Of a stretch of 55,514 nucleotides of DNA, positions 46,156 through 54,909 are shown in pieces. The translations under genes were made by a program, and so were the position numbers. The notes beneath the pieces were generated by a model. The model searched no databases. It saw only the letters and a list, made by a program, of their open reading frames with translations, and had not been told where the DNA came from. The DNA comes from Candidatus Woesearchaeota archaeon (GTDB taxonomy: Archaea > Nanobdellota > Nanobdellia > SCGC-AAA011-G17 > GW2011-AR18), in NCBI GenBank assembly GCA_018302235.1, contig JAGVZW010000034.1, forward strand, positions 1 to 55,514, in the 5' to 3' direction. How positions within the stretch are numbered: position 1 is the stretch's first letter; each line of letters starts with the position of its first letter.

Positions 46156-46258
46156 GGTATATAGTCGGGTTGTGGGCTATTTTAGGCCTGTACAGTGGTG
46201 GAATCAGGGAAAAAAACAGGAATTTAAGGATAGAATTACTTTTAAAATAGAAGAATAG
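46139..46258 (+). CDS. nrdD: NrdD glycyl-radical C-terminal segment, displaced into the +1 frame
   Basis: Own translation KVIPCEVYSRVVGYFRPVQWWNQGKKQEFKDRITFKIEE carries the RVxGY glycyl-radical signature. It joins the main frame if one A of the run at 46137-46141 is removed. Confidence 0.75.
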   Translation, partial: KVIPCEVYSRVVGYFRPVQWWNQGKKQEFKDRITFKIEE

Positions 46259-46259
46259 A

Positions 46260-47507
46260 TTACCAAAAGAAACTTTCAGTTTTTATATTATTTACATTGA
46301 TTAAACTTTTTTTAAGAGATTTTTTCATTTTCTCTGGACAACATAGATAAAAAACTGAATTTTTGATATCTTTTACTTCTTTTTCTACTATATCCTTATC
46401 TATATAGCCGTTTTTACAAAATGTAGATTCTTCTCTACTTAATATATATCTTACTTTAAACCAATCTTTATTTATTTTATCCAACTCTTCTTTAAATATT
46501 AGATCTTCTTCTGTTTTTGCAGCATATAATAATGTAATGTTTTGTTTTGTATTACTTTGTAATTGAGACCTAATCATGCTCATAAATGGTGTAATACCAA
46601 CGCCACCTGCTATAAAAACTAAATTTTTTGTTTTGTCTTCGATTGTGAATATACCGAATGGACCATCTATAAAAATTTCTTCGTTTTTTTGTAATTTATA
46701 AAGTTCTTCTGTAAACTTACCCTTGAGTTTCACAGTAAATGATAATTCTTTATCTAAATTAGAGCTTGAGATTGTAAATGGATGTCTGGCATACAATTTG
46801 TTTTTATTCAATCTTAAAAAACAAAACTGACCTGGCTTAAATGAGAATGTTTTGTTTGTTTTTATTGTAAATACATTATGTGTTTCTTTTTGTATATCTG
46901 ATACTGTAAATTTATATTTTTTTTGTTTAATTTTATATGTTGTTCTATATATAATACCAATACAAAGCATAGCAAATAAAAATGCGTATATTATTTTCAA
47001 ATTTTGAATATCAGATCCTATTGTTAGTATGTGATATAAACTTAAACCAAAGAGTATATAGGTTAAAATGTGTATATATTGCCATTTTGAATAAGAAATT
47101 CTTTTATATAATAAAGATGCTATCATTATACAAATAAAAAGATAAAGCGATAATATACCTATAGCTAGGGGTGTTGTTGTAAAATCTGGGAGAATATATT
47201 TTACTATAGATTTTGTTGATATGATAAAAAATATGGGATGTAAAATAACAAATATTGATGTTACCAGTGAGAATTTTCTTTGAAATATTATAATTTTATC
47301 AATACCAAAGAATTTATCAAAAAATCTTGCTGTGTCCCCTGAAAATATAAGGGTTGATAGAAATAAGAATCCTATTAGTCCACTTAATTTTCCTAAAATA
47401 TAAAAAAATGAAGAAATATTAAATTGCGGTAATATTATATAAAATATTGAGATTAAAAAATATAGAAAAATAGATACCAATATTATTTTTAGTATTTTTT
47501 CTTTCAT
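46260..47507 (-). CDS. ferric-reductase/NOX-like membrane flavocytochrome (FRD transmembrane domain fused to an FNR-like FAD/NAD(P)H domain)
   Basis: Six TM-like spans with a His pair 13 residues apart (YIHILTYILFGLSLYH). FAD motif RHPFTISS, GPFG, NAD(P) motif FIAGGVGITPF, and YLCCPEKM. Confidence 0.75.
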   Translation of the reverse strand: MKEKILKIILVSIFLYFLISIFYIILPQFNISSFFYILGKLSGLIGFLFLSTLIFSGDTARFFDKFFGIDKIIIFQRKFSLVTSIFVILHPIFFIISTKSIVKYILPDFTTTPLAIGILSLYLFICIMIASLLYKRISYSKWQYIHILTYILFGLSLYHILTIGSDIQNLKIIYAFLFAMLCIGIIYRTTYKIKQKKYKFTVSDIQKETHNVFTIKTNKTFSFKPGQFCFLRLNKNKLYARHPFTISSSNLDKELSFTVKLKGKFTEELYKLQKNEEIFIDGPFGIFTIEDKTKNLVFIAGGVGITPFMSMIRSQLQSNTKQNITLLYAAKTEEDLIFKEELDKINKDWFKVRYILSREESTFCKNGYIDKDIVEKEVKDIKNSVFYLCCPEKMKKSLKKSLINVNNIKTESFFW

Positions 47508-48262
47508 ATTATTAAGTATTTTATAAATTTTAAAAAATCAAATATGGTTGGAAGTATAAAATTTTTATATTGCCAATTAAAAAATAATGGACCTATTGAC
47601 CAAAAAAGATAAAATAAACCAAATATAATTAAAAATATTCCGCTAAATATTTCTAATTTTCTTTTCCATCTATAAAATTTTTCTTTAAGATGTTTCATCC
47701 CAAAGCCTATTAGAATGCTTAATATTATAAAAACAATATTTGCTCCTAATCCGAATGCTACTGTTATTAACACTGTTTCTCCTATGTTTTTTCCTATAGC
47801 AAATGGTAATAAAAGGAAGGTAAATACTGGAATGCATGGGGTTATTGTGGATATGAAACCAAAGGAAACAGAGGCAAGAAGTGGATTATTGGCTGTTCTT
47901 AATTTAGTTATATTTGTTTTACAATTTTTTTCTTTTATGTTAATTTCTTTTTTAACTAATATTAAAATACCAAAAATTATTGTGAATAAACCAAATATAA
48001 AAATTATCCATATAGATATTTTAGGAAGGATATTATTAAAAAAATCTAAAAATGTAGCCCCTAATATAGCTGCTATTATGCCTAAAAAGGTATATCCTGC
48101 ATAACGACCTATAGCAAATCCAATTGATATTCTAAACCCTTTATTTTCTCCGTGACTAAATAATATTGGTAAATATATTGGAAGACATGATGCTAGACAT
48201 AATGCTAAAGAACTACTTAATCCATAGGTAAATGCTGAAGATATATTGATTAATTCCACCAT
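47504..48262 (-). CDS. ccdA: CcdA/DsbD-family thiol-disulfide transporter
   Basis: Polytopic protein with membrane-embedded Cys motifs LASCLPIYLP and ITPCIPVF. ATGA overlap with the NOX-like gene. Confidence 0.7.
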   Translation of the reverse strand: MVELINISSAFTYGLSSSLALCLASCLPIYLPILFSHGENKGFRISIGFAIGRYAGYTFLGIIAAILGATFLDFFNNILPKISIWIIFIFGLFTIIFGILILVKKEINIKEKNCKTNITKLRTANNPLLASVSFGFISTITPCIPVFTFLLLPFAIGKNIGETVLITVAFGLGANIVFIILSILIGFGMKHLKEKFYRWKRKLEIFSGIFLIIFGLFYLFWSIGPLFFNWQYKNFILPTIFDFLKFIKYLII

Positions 48263-48264
48263 TT

Positions 48265-48690
48265 TTATGCTGCATATATGTTTTCATTTTCTATTTTCAA
48301 ATTAACTAATGTTAATCCATTTAAATTAAAATTTTGTCCATCTGCTTGACCTAAATATGCACCTGTGCTTGGATTAAATGTTGCCTGATGCCATGGACAT
48401 TGAATTTTATCATCTTTTAAACTAGATTCATCCAATTGTAAACCTTTGTGGGGGCATTTATTTATATATGCTTTTATCTCATTATTAAAATTTACAAGAA
48501 TGATTTCTTCACCATTGTAACTGGCTTTTTTTATTGAATTTAAAGGAACATCAGATAGTTTTGCTATTAAATTTGTATTTTCTGTAGTTTCTGTTGTTTC
48601 AATGGTTTGTATTGTTGGATTTTCAGTGATTTGTGAATCTGAACAAGCAGTTAAAATAAATAGGATTAAGATTATAAATATTTTTTTCAT
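48265..48690 (-). CDS. Rieske [2Fe-2S] domain protein with lipobox signal peptide
   Basis: CPHKG-x16-CPWH Rieske motif. N-terminal MKKIFIILILFILTACSD. Confidence 0.8.
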   Translation of the reverse strand: MKKIFIILILFILTACSDSQITENPTIQTIETTETTENTNLIAKLSDVPLNSIKKASYNGEEIILVNFNNEIKAYINKCPHKGLQLDESSLKDDKIQCPWHQATFNPSTGAYLGQADGQNFNLNGLTLVNLKIENENIYAA

Positions 48691-48729
48691 TACTTTGCCT
48701 GCTTTGTACCCTTTTTAAATTTTATGAAT

Positions 48730-49362
48730 TTAATGTTTAATAACTGTGTTTTTTGTTTTATAATATTCTATAAGTACTGGTATAAATGAGATTACAATAA
48801 CTAAGATTATAACTAGATGAATATTTTGTTCTATGTTTGGAATTAATTTTCCCAAAAAATAACCAACTAGTAACATCCCTGTAACCCAAAATGTTCCACC
48901 AAAAATATTAAAAAATAAGAATCTTTTATAATTCATTTTGGCTATTCCTGCTATTACTGGAGCAAATGTTCTTATTATTGGTACAAACCTTGCTAAAACT
49001 ATTGTTTTTCCACCATATTTTTCATAAAATTCTTGTGTTTTACATAAATATTTTTTTTTAAAAAATCTGGAGTCTTCTTTCTGAAATAATCTTTGCCCGG
49101 CTTTTTTTCCGATAAAATACCCTGTTGAATCTCCTAGAATTGCTGCTGTACATAATGAAATAATTAAAAAAAATATATTTAAGTCTCCTTTTGATGCAAA
49201 TAATCCTGCTGTAACAAGTAATGAATCTCCTGGAAGAAAAAAACCAACCATTAGCCCTGTTTCTGCAAATATGATTAAGAATAAACCAAAATAACCTACA
49301 CTAGAAATTAGGCTTGGTAATGAATATAATAGAATAAATAATTCTTTTACCTTATCTAACAT
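48730..49362 (-). CDS. DedA/SNARE-associated family membrane protein
   Basis: FLPGDSLLVTAG and ARFVPIIRTFAP motifs. Confidence 0.75.
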   Translation of the reverse strand: MLDKVKELFILLYSLPSLISSVGYFGLFLIIFAETGLMVGFFLPGDSLLVTAGLFASKGDLNIFFLIISLCTAAILGDSTGYFIGKKAGQRLFQKEDSRFFKKKYLCKTQEFYEKYGGKTIVLARFVPIIRTFAPVIAGIAKMNYKRFLFFNIFGGTFWVTGMLLVGYFLGKLIPNIEQNIHLVIILVIVISFIPVLIEYYKTKNTVIKH

Positions 49363-49398
49363 GTCTTTTGTTATTTATTACCTTATAAAAATCTTTTG

Positions 49399-49854
49399 TT
49401 ATAGATATTTGAAAAAAATTAATAGATTTAATATAATTAAAATTAAAAATAATATATTTTCCATAAAAGAATTTGTCCTTATAAAGCCATTAATTTTTAT
49501 CTTTGTAATAGGAAATAAAGGCATTATACCCTCTTTGGTTAAAGCATCTATTAAAAGGTGGGCTAAATAACCTAAGAATATTGCTAAAGGGTATAATGAA
49601 GAAAAAACGATACTTAATAATAAAAAGATTAAAGAAGGAAAGATAGAATGAAAGAATCTTCTATGCCCAAAGATATTCTCTATTAGTCTACTTATTATTG
49701 GTATTGAAATCTTCGATTTTGAAGAATCTATATCTGGAAGTAAAGAAGAAATAACTAATATTGTTGAAAAAATTAATGGGTGTTCTAAATTGAGATATTT
49801 TATTAAGAAAGCTGAAATTAACATTCCGAATACTATGTGTGTTCTAAATAACAT
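49399..49854 (-). CDS. YdjM/DUF457-family membrane-bound metal-dependent hydrolase
   Basis: MLFRTH start, HRRFFHS and HLLIDALTKEG motifs. Confidence 0.65.
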   Translation of the reverse strand: MLFRTHIVFGMLISAFLIKYLNLEHPLIFSTILVISSLLPDIDSSKSKISIPIISRLIENIFGHRRFFHSIFPSLIFLLLSIVFSSLYPLAIFLGYLAHLLIDALTKEGIMPLFPITKIKINGFIRTNSFMENILFLILIILNLLIFFKYL

Positions 49855-49858
49855 GTGT

Positions 49859-50821
49859 TTAAATATTAATTGAAGATTCCATTTCTTTTAAAAGTTCTTT
49901 TGGATTTTGTTCTTGTATCTCAGTAATTGTAAATTCTGTTCTATCGAACATTTCGTTTCTTTTTGTGCGTCCCTTTAAAATATACTGTTTGCCCATTGTT
50001 TGTGACTTCACTATATTAAAATCTTCTGGGTTTTGACCCAAAATTTTTTCTGCTTGATCTCTAAAACAAACAGCTCTTATATTTGCTGTACCATCATCAA
50101 TAAACATGTTTAATATTGGGATTTGTTTTGGTGAAATACTGCCGTGATTTGAACATTCATAATGATCTTCTAAAAAATTTACTTTTTTATTGCAGACTGG
50201 GCAGGCTTGGTAGAATCTTGGTTCAAATAATTGAACTATTGTACCTAATATTTCTGCATTCTCATTATCTTTAAGATCTTTAATTTGTTTTTTTTCCATT
50301 CTAGATATTTTTATCTCTTCAATTGAAATCCCAGGGGGATTTATTTCTAGGGATGATTTTGAGCCTAAATGCAACTCCTTAAAGCCATTGTTTTCCTTAG
50401 AATATGCATTTTTAATTGATACTATATCTAATTCCTTTAAATTTTGAATTTTGTTTATTAGATTTTCATCCCATATGGTTAATCTAAGAGAGCCGGTTTC
50501 ATCTGCAATTATAATATTAGCTACTTTACCTGCTCTTGTTGATGTAGAAAAACTCCTTATTTCAAATATATTTGTTACCTTTCCTATAGTGTTTACAGAA
50601 TTTAAACCTGGAATAATTTCATTAATTTTTAGATCTTTATTTTGTATTTCAAAGAGATTAACACCCAGTTCATTTGCTATTATATGTGCGGCACCCTCTT
50701 TTGATATTAAATCTTGAAGTTCTATTATTTTTTCTTGTATTTTTGTTTCTATCTCTTGTTTTGATATATTTTTTGTAGAAGAAATTTTTTCTATGATTGT
50801 ATCATAACTTAAACGAAACAT
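49859..50821 (-). CDS. RPA-like single-stranded DNA-binding protein (OB folds plus Zn finger)
   Basis: AAHIIANELGV N-terminal helix, OB pattern GKVANIIIADETGSLRLTIWD, CPVC...C..H finger. Confidence 0.75.
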   Translation of the reverse strand: MFRLSYDTIIEKISSTKNISKQEIETKIQEKIIELQDLISKEGAAHIIANELGVNLFEIQNKDLKINEIIPGLNSVNTIGKVTNIFEIRSFSTSTRAGKVANIIIADETGSLRLTIWDENLINKIQNLKELDIVSIKNAYSKENNGFKELHLGSKSSLEINPPGISIEEIKISRMEKKQIKDLKDNENAEILGTIVQLFEPRFYQACPVCNKKVNFLEDHYECSNHGSISPKQIPILNMFIDDGTANIRAVCFRDQAEKILGQNPEDFNIVKSQTMGKQYILKGRTKRNEMFDRTEFTITEIQEQNPKELLKEMESSINI

Positions 50822-50855
50822 AAATTGATTTTTTTATTCTTTTATAAAAAGATTT

Positions 50856-51617
50856 TTATTCATTAAGGAGTGGATTATATTTTTTTTGAAGTTCTTTTTT
50901 TAAATCTATTTCTAGCCTTAAATTATTTAATTCAAAATATAACAGGTTATTTTTAAAAAAATAGGTTGTTTTTGGGTATTTTTCTTTTATTTTTGCTTCA
51001 CATTTTGTCTGTGGTTGATTTATGCAGTTTTCAGAAAATATTAAATATAAATCATAATATATATTAAAATCTGGTGTTTTGTAGCTTATTTCTGGGAAAT
51101 ATGTATAAAAAATTGTTAGATTTGTTAATGAATTATTTAATATTATTGAATCAAATATAATTTTTTCCTCTGTTATTTCTTTTATTTTTAATTTCTCTGA
51201 TTCTAAAAGTTTTCTATTAAAATAATATTTTTCTAAGAAAATATTAAAACTTGCTGTATATAATTTTATTTTTTTATCAAATTCTTCTTTAAATTCTTTT
51301 TCTGGGTTTAATTCTTGACATGTATTCCATATAATATATGTTTCTTCTAAATTATCTATACTGCATTTTTGGGCTGCATATCCTCCATTGGTTTCTATTT
51401 GTTCTTCTATGTCTTCTATTGTTTGTTTTATTGCTTCATTTAAGAATAAATTTATTTTTAATTCATCTGTATATGTTTTTTCTATATTGCTAGAGGATTC
51501 TCCAATATTTACCTCTAATCTTTCTTTATTTTGGGATATTATGAAGGCTAGTGATGTAAGAAATATTAATGTTAGAATTATTATTAACGGTGTAAACATA
51601 CCTTTTTTATTTAACAT
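50856..51617 (-). CDS. pilin-like protein with class III signal peptide (253 aa)
   Basis: MLNKKG|MFTPLIIILTLIFL: basic residues, then Gly, then a hydrophobic helix. Confidence 0.55.
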   Translation of the reverse strand: MLNKKGMFTPLIIILTLIFLTSLAFIISQNKERLEVNIGESSSNIEKTYTDELKINLFLNEAIKQTIEDIEEQIETNGGYAAQKCSIDNLEETYIIWNTCQELNPEKEFKEEFDKKIKLYTASFNIFLEKYYFNRKLLESEKLKIKEITEEKIIFDSIILNNSLTNLTIFYTYFPEISYKTPDFNIYYDLYLIFSENCINQPQTKCEAKIKEKYPKTTYFFKNNLLYFELNNLRLEIDLKKELQKKYNPLLNE

Positions 51618-52582
51618 TGAAATACCTCATATAATTCTATAATTAAAATTTTATTGGGATCTTCTGTTGGTAAGAATATTTCTTGCTGGTTAGCTTTGCC
51701 TTCTGATCCTATTAGATTTTCTCCATATATAGTTAATAGCTGTTTTTCTTGTGTTATTATATTATATACTGATAAAGCTAAATTATAATGGAGAGTTGCG
51801 TGTTTTGGAATTCTTTTTATTGGTTCATTTTTGCATGTTCCTAATTTAAATGCATATGTTTTTGGAATTTTTTTAAATAATTCTAGTGATATTTTTTGTG
51901 CTTTTTCTTTTATTTCTGGGTGATTTTCTGCTTTTAATAACAATTCTTTATATACAATATTATGGTTATTTTCTTCTTGAAGGTTTATTATTTCATTGAA
52001 ATCAGACTTCGATTCTGAGTGTGTTTGCCCACGACAATCTACTGTTTTTAATGGATAAAATATTTTTGTTATCATATAATCTTCTGTGATTTCTTTATAT
52101 GTGTTTTTTAGGTAAGTTCTGCCTTCTTTACAGTTTTTACTATTTAATTCTGTTAAAATTGGATTTATATCTAAATCATCTAAATAATCTGGATATGAGT
52201 ATTCTAAATCAACAAGGCATTGACCTATCTTTTTAAAATCTAGACCTTCTTTTATTTCTTCATAACCATAAACGTAAATATTCCATATGTTAGAATTGTC
52301 TTGATTTAAGATACATGAAACCCCTATTGAATCGGCTGTATATGAGATATCTTTGATTGAAAAGATTAGTTCTTTTGACTCTATTGATTCGTCTATAGAA
52401 ATTTTTGTGTTTAATAATGATGTTAATGTAAAGATTTGTTCTTTGGTTATTGATATATTGTCTTTTATGTTTAATGTTTCGAAAGAAAAGAAATATATAC
52501 CGAATATTATAAATATTATAATTAACAAGATTATAGATGGAATAAAGGTTATAGTCAATTCTATTGATGCTTTTCTATGCAT
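51611..52582 (-). CDS. pilin-like protein with class III signal peptide (323 aa)
   Basis: MHRKA|SIELTITFIPSIILLIIIF. Overlaps its neighbours on both sides. Confidence 0.55.
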   Translation of the reverse strand: MHRKASIELTITFIPSIILLIIIFIIFGIYFFSFETLNIKDNISITKEQIFTLTSLLNTKISIDESIESKELIFSIKDISYTADSIGVSCILNQDNSNIWNIYVYGYEEIKEGLDFKKIGQCLVDLEYSYPDYLDDLDINPILTELNSKNCKEGRTYLKNTYKEITEDYMITKIFYPLKTVDCRGQTHSESKSDFNEIINLQEENNHNIVYKELLLKAENHPEIKEKAQKISLELFKKIPKTYAFKLGTCKNEPIKRIPKHATLHYNLALSVYNIITQEKQLLTIYGENLIGSEGKANQQEIFLPTEDPNKILIIELYEVFQC

Positions 52583-53057
52583 TTGGTAATATCACCTCTA
52601 TTTTTAGGATGCCTGTTTCTATCTCATTATTCATTTTATAATTAACTAGCTGTTCTTTCGTGTAACAAATTGAATCCTGCATTGTTGTACATACATCAAA
52701 TTTTGATTTTTGTATTAAATCCATTAAAATTAATGCATTTTTTTCATTTTGATTTTTAATTATATTATTATTTAGATCTTTTAAAGTGAGCTGAAAACCA
52801 ATTTTTTCTTTTTTTATACAATTTTTAATATTATTTTCTGTGAATTTTTCTATGTTTATTATTCCTGGTTCATCTACTAAACAAGAGTATAGTAATTGAA
52901 ATGTAAGAATCTCTGTTTGTAATTCAGGTATATTTAGATCCTGGCTTCTATATTTTATTATTATTGCTGAAAGGAATATTATTATTGCAGTTAAAACTGC
53001 TAATTGTAATAACCAGGTAGGAAATTCTGAGCCTTCTAATAAACCTTTTTTATTCAT
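52575..53057 (-). CDS. pilin-like protein with class III signal peptide (160 aa)
   Basis: MNKKG|LLEGSEFPTWLLQLAVLTAIIIF. Confidence 0.55.
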   Translation of the reverse strand: MNKKGLLEGSEFPTWLLQLAVLTAIIIFLSAIIIKYRSQDLNIPELQTEILTFQLLYSCLVDEPGIINIEKFTENNIKNCIKKEKIGFQLTLKDLNNNIIKNQNEKNALILMDLIQKSKFDVCTTMQDSICYTKEQLVNYKMNNEIETGILKIEVILPNA

Positions 53058-53415
53058 TTTGTAGGATTAATTTACCTTTATTTATAGTTATTCTATGGCT
53101 TTTTTGTTGAGGAAAATCAGTGCAAGGGAATTTTTGAGGAACTATTTCTTTTTCTGTTTGTATTAGAAAATAGCAGGGGTTTTGCTCTCTTTTTATTGCA
53201 AACTCTTCAGGGATAATATATTCTATTTGTAATTTTGATTGTGATAGAACAAATAAATCATTTGTTAAAGTTAGGTCTCTAATTAATGCTCTTTCTTTTA
53301 TAAATGTAGAATCTGTTATTTTATAATATGTAAATATCAAAAAACTAACAAATATTGCTATTAAAATAAAAAATCTTATATATTTATATAATAGTAAATC
53401 TCCTTTATTATTCAT
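53050..53415 (-). CDS. pilin-like protein with class III signal peptide (121 aa)
   Basis: Start reset to the SD-preceded ATG (aaggtgat-7nt-ATG): MNNKG|DLLLYKYIRFFILIAIFV. Confidence 0.55.
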   Translation of the reverse strand: MNNKGDLLLYKYIRFFILIAIFVSFLIFTYYKITDSTFIKERALIRDLTLTNDLFVLSQSKLQIEYIIPEEFAIKREQNPCYFLIQTEKEIVPQKFPCTDFPQQKSHRITINKGKLILQNE

Positions 53416-54721
53416 ATTTACAATCACCTTTTTGTGTTTGTATTATCTGTTCTATTGGATAAGAATCTATTGTTAACTCTTCTGTTAAATAATATTCTGA
53501 AATTCCTTTGTTTTTTAAAAAATCACGGCCTTGTTCTGCGTTTTTATCTTTCAATGCTTTTAAAAGATCCTCTTTCGATGCTTTTAATGATTCTGTTTCT
53601 TCAATTTTTTCTATACTTGTTGTTTTTCTTTCCGGGATATTTATTCCTTTTTCTGGAATAATAATAGCTGGAGATGGATTGTATTGTTGATAATAGGCTT
53701 CAAACAACCATTGGCCTGTTAAGCTAGCCTCTAGAATATATTTTACACCTATGTGCTGATTATTGCCAATATTTGTCTTTATAACCTTTGTAATTTTTTG
53801 TTCTCCTTGTTTTAATTTTAAACAATTTTCTGGGTTAATTAGAAAATCTGTAGGAGATTTTTGATATTTGAAATAAAATAGGTTTTCTCTTTGTTTTATC
53901 TCTGTTGAATAATCTTTTGTATATAAAATTGGAATAAAATCTTTATAATTATTTATCCATTCTTCTTTGAAAAAAAATGTTAATCCTAATCCGGATATTG
54001 TGTCAAATGGAAGATTTAAATTAGGATCTTTTTCAGGGTAAATTTTGTTTATTTTAAAGCAAATCTCTGGTTGTTGGTTTAAAAAATCGCTTCTTTTTTT
54101 AATACCCTTACAATTACCTTCTACGATCTCTGCTGTTAATTCATCTTCTATTTTTTCAGTTGTAGATATTTCTAAACTAGAAAAGATAATATCTTTAAGT
54201 TCTGCTGGTTTAAATCTTGAGATTACTATTACTTGTTCTTTTATTTCTGAACCTTCTGTGGTGATGGATAATTGATCATTGGTTCTTTTTAATGTTAAGA
54301 ATATATTAGCGCCATATTCTTCTGTAGAAAATTGTTTTGTATTTATTGTTTTTATATTTTGAAATTTATAACATTGCTTATTATCACAGTAATTATCTTT
54401 TATTTTACAAAGGCATAAAAATGGGTGTTCTAGATCTATTATCTGTTCTTTTGGTTCTATTATACTACCTTGCGCATAAGTAAATGAAACTAAATTACAA
54501 TTCTCATTATTAAATGGTAATTCTATTTCAGATAAAACATTTTTATCTATATTTTCTAGATTTTTTTTTAAGAGATCCCATGATGGCTGATTAGTACATT
54601 TATCAAAAATTAATGGTGCTACTATATTAGAACCAATATAATATAAAAAAATAACTATAAATACACCAATTACGAGTTCAATTGCTGTTCTAAGAATAGA
54701 TATATCTCCTTTTTTTACCAT
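53408..54721 (-). CDS. large pilin-like protein with class III signal peptide (437 aa)
   Basis: MVKKG|DISILRTAIELVIGVFIVIF. Confidence 0.55.
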   Translation of the reverse strand: MVKKGDISILRTAIELVIGVFIVIFLYYIGSNIVAPLIFDKCTNQPSWDLLKKNLENIDKNVLSEIELPFNNENCNLVSFTYAQGSIIEPKEQIIDLEHPFLCLCKIKDNYCDNKQCYKFQNIKTINTKQFSTEEYGANIFLTLKRTNDQLSITTEGSEIKEQVIVISRFKPAELKDIIFSSLEISTTEKIEDELTAEIVEGNCKGIKKRSDFLNQQPEICFKINKIYPEKDPNLNLPFDTISGLGLTFFFKEEWINNYKDFIPILYTKDYSTEIKQRENLFYFKYQKSPTDFLINPENCLKLKQGEQKITKVIKTNIGNNQHIGVKYILEASLTGQWLFEAYYQQYNPSPAIIIPEKGINIPERKTTSIEKIEETESLKASKEDLLKALKDKNAEQGRDFLKNKGISEYYLTEELTIDSYPIEQIIQTQKGDCKYE

Positions 54722-54894
54722 TGTAATTTTGAGCGAGATGCGTTAACTTGTGTTGCAGTATCTTTGAAATAATTAATTAAATTACCTCCTTCTTTTATAT
54801 AAAATATTACTATAATTATTAAAACAATAATTACAATAATTGCTATAATTACTGTTCCTAGTGTAAGTTCTATTCCTTTTTTATTAGTTTTCAT
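54715..54894 (-). CDS. short pilin-like protein (59 aa, below ORF-track cutoff)
   Basis: Own translation MKTNKKGIELTLGTVIIAIIVIIVLIIIVIFYIKEGGNLINYFKDTATQVNASRSKLQW. Its stop overlaps the ATG of the 437-aa gene. Confidence 0.55.
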   Translation of the reverse strand: MKTNKKGIELTLGTVIIAIIVIIVLIIIVIFYIKEGGNLINYFKDTATQVNASRSKLQW

Positions 54895-54909
54895 AGTAAA
54901 AGAAAAAAA

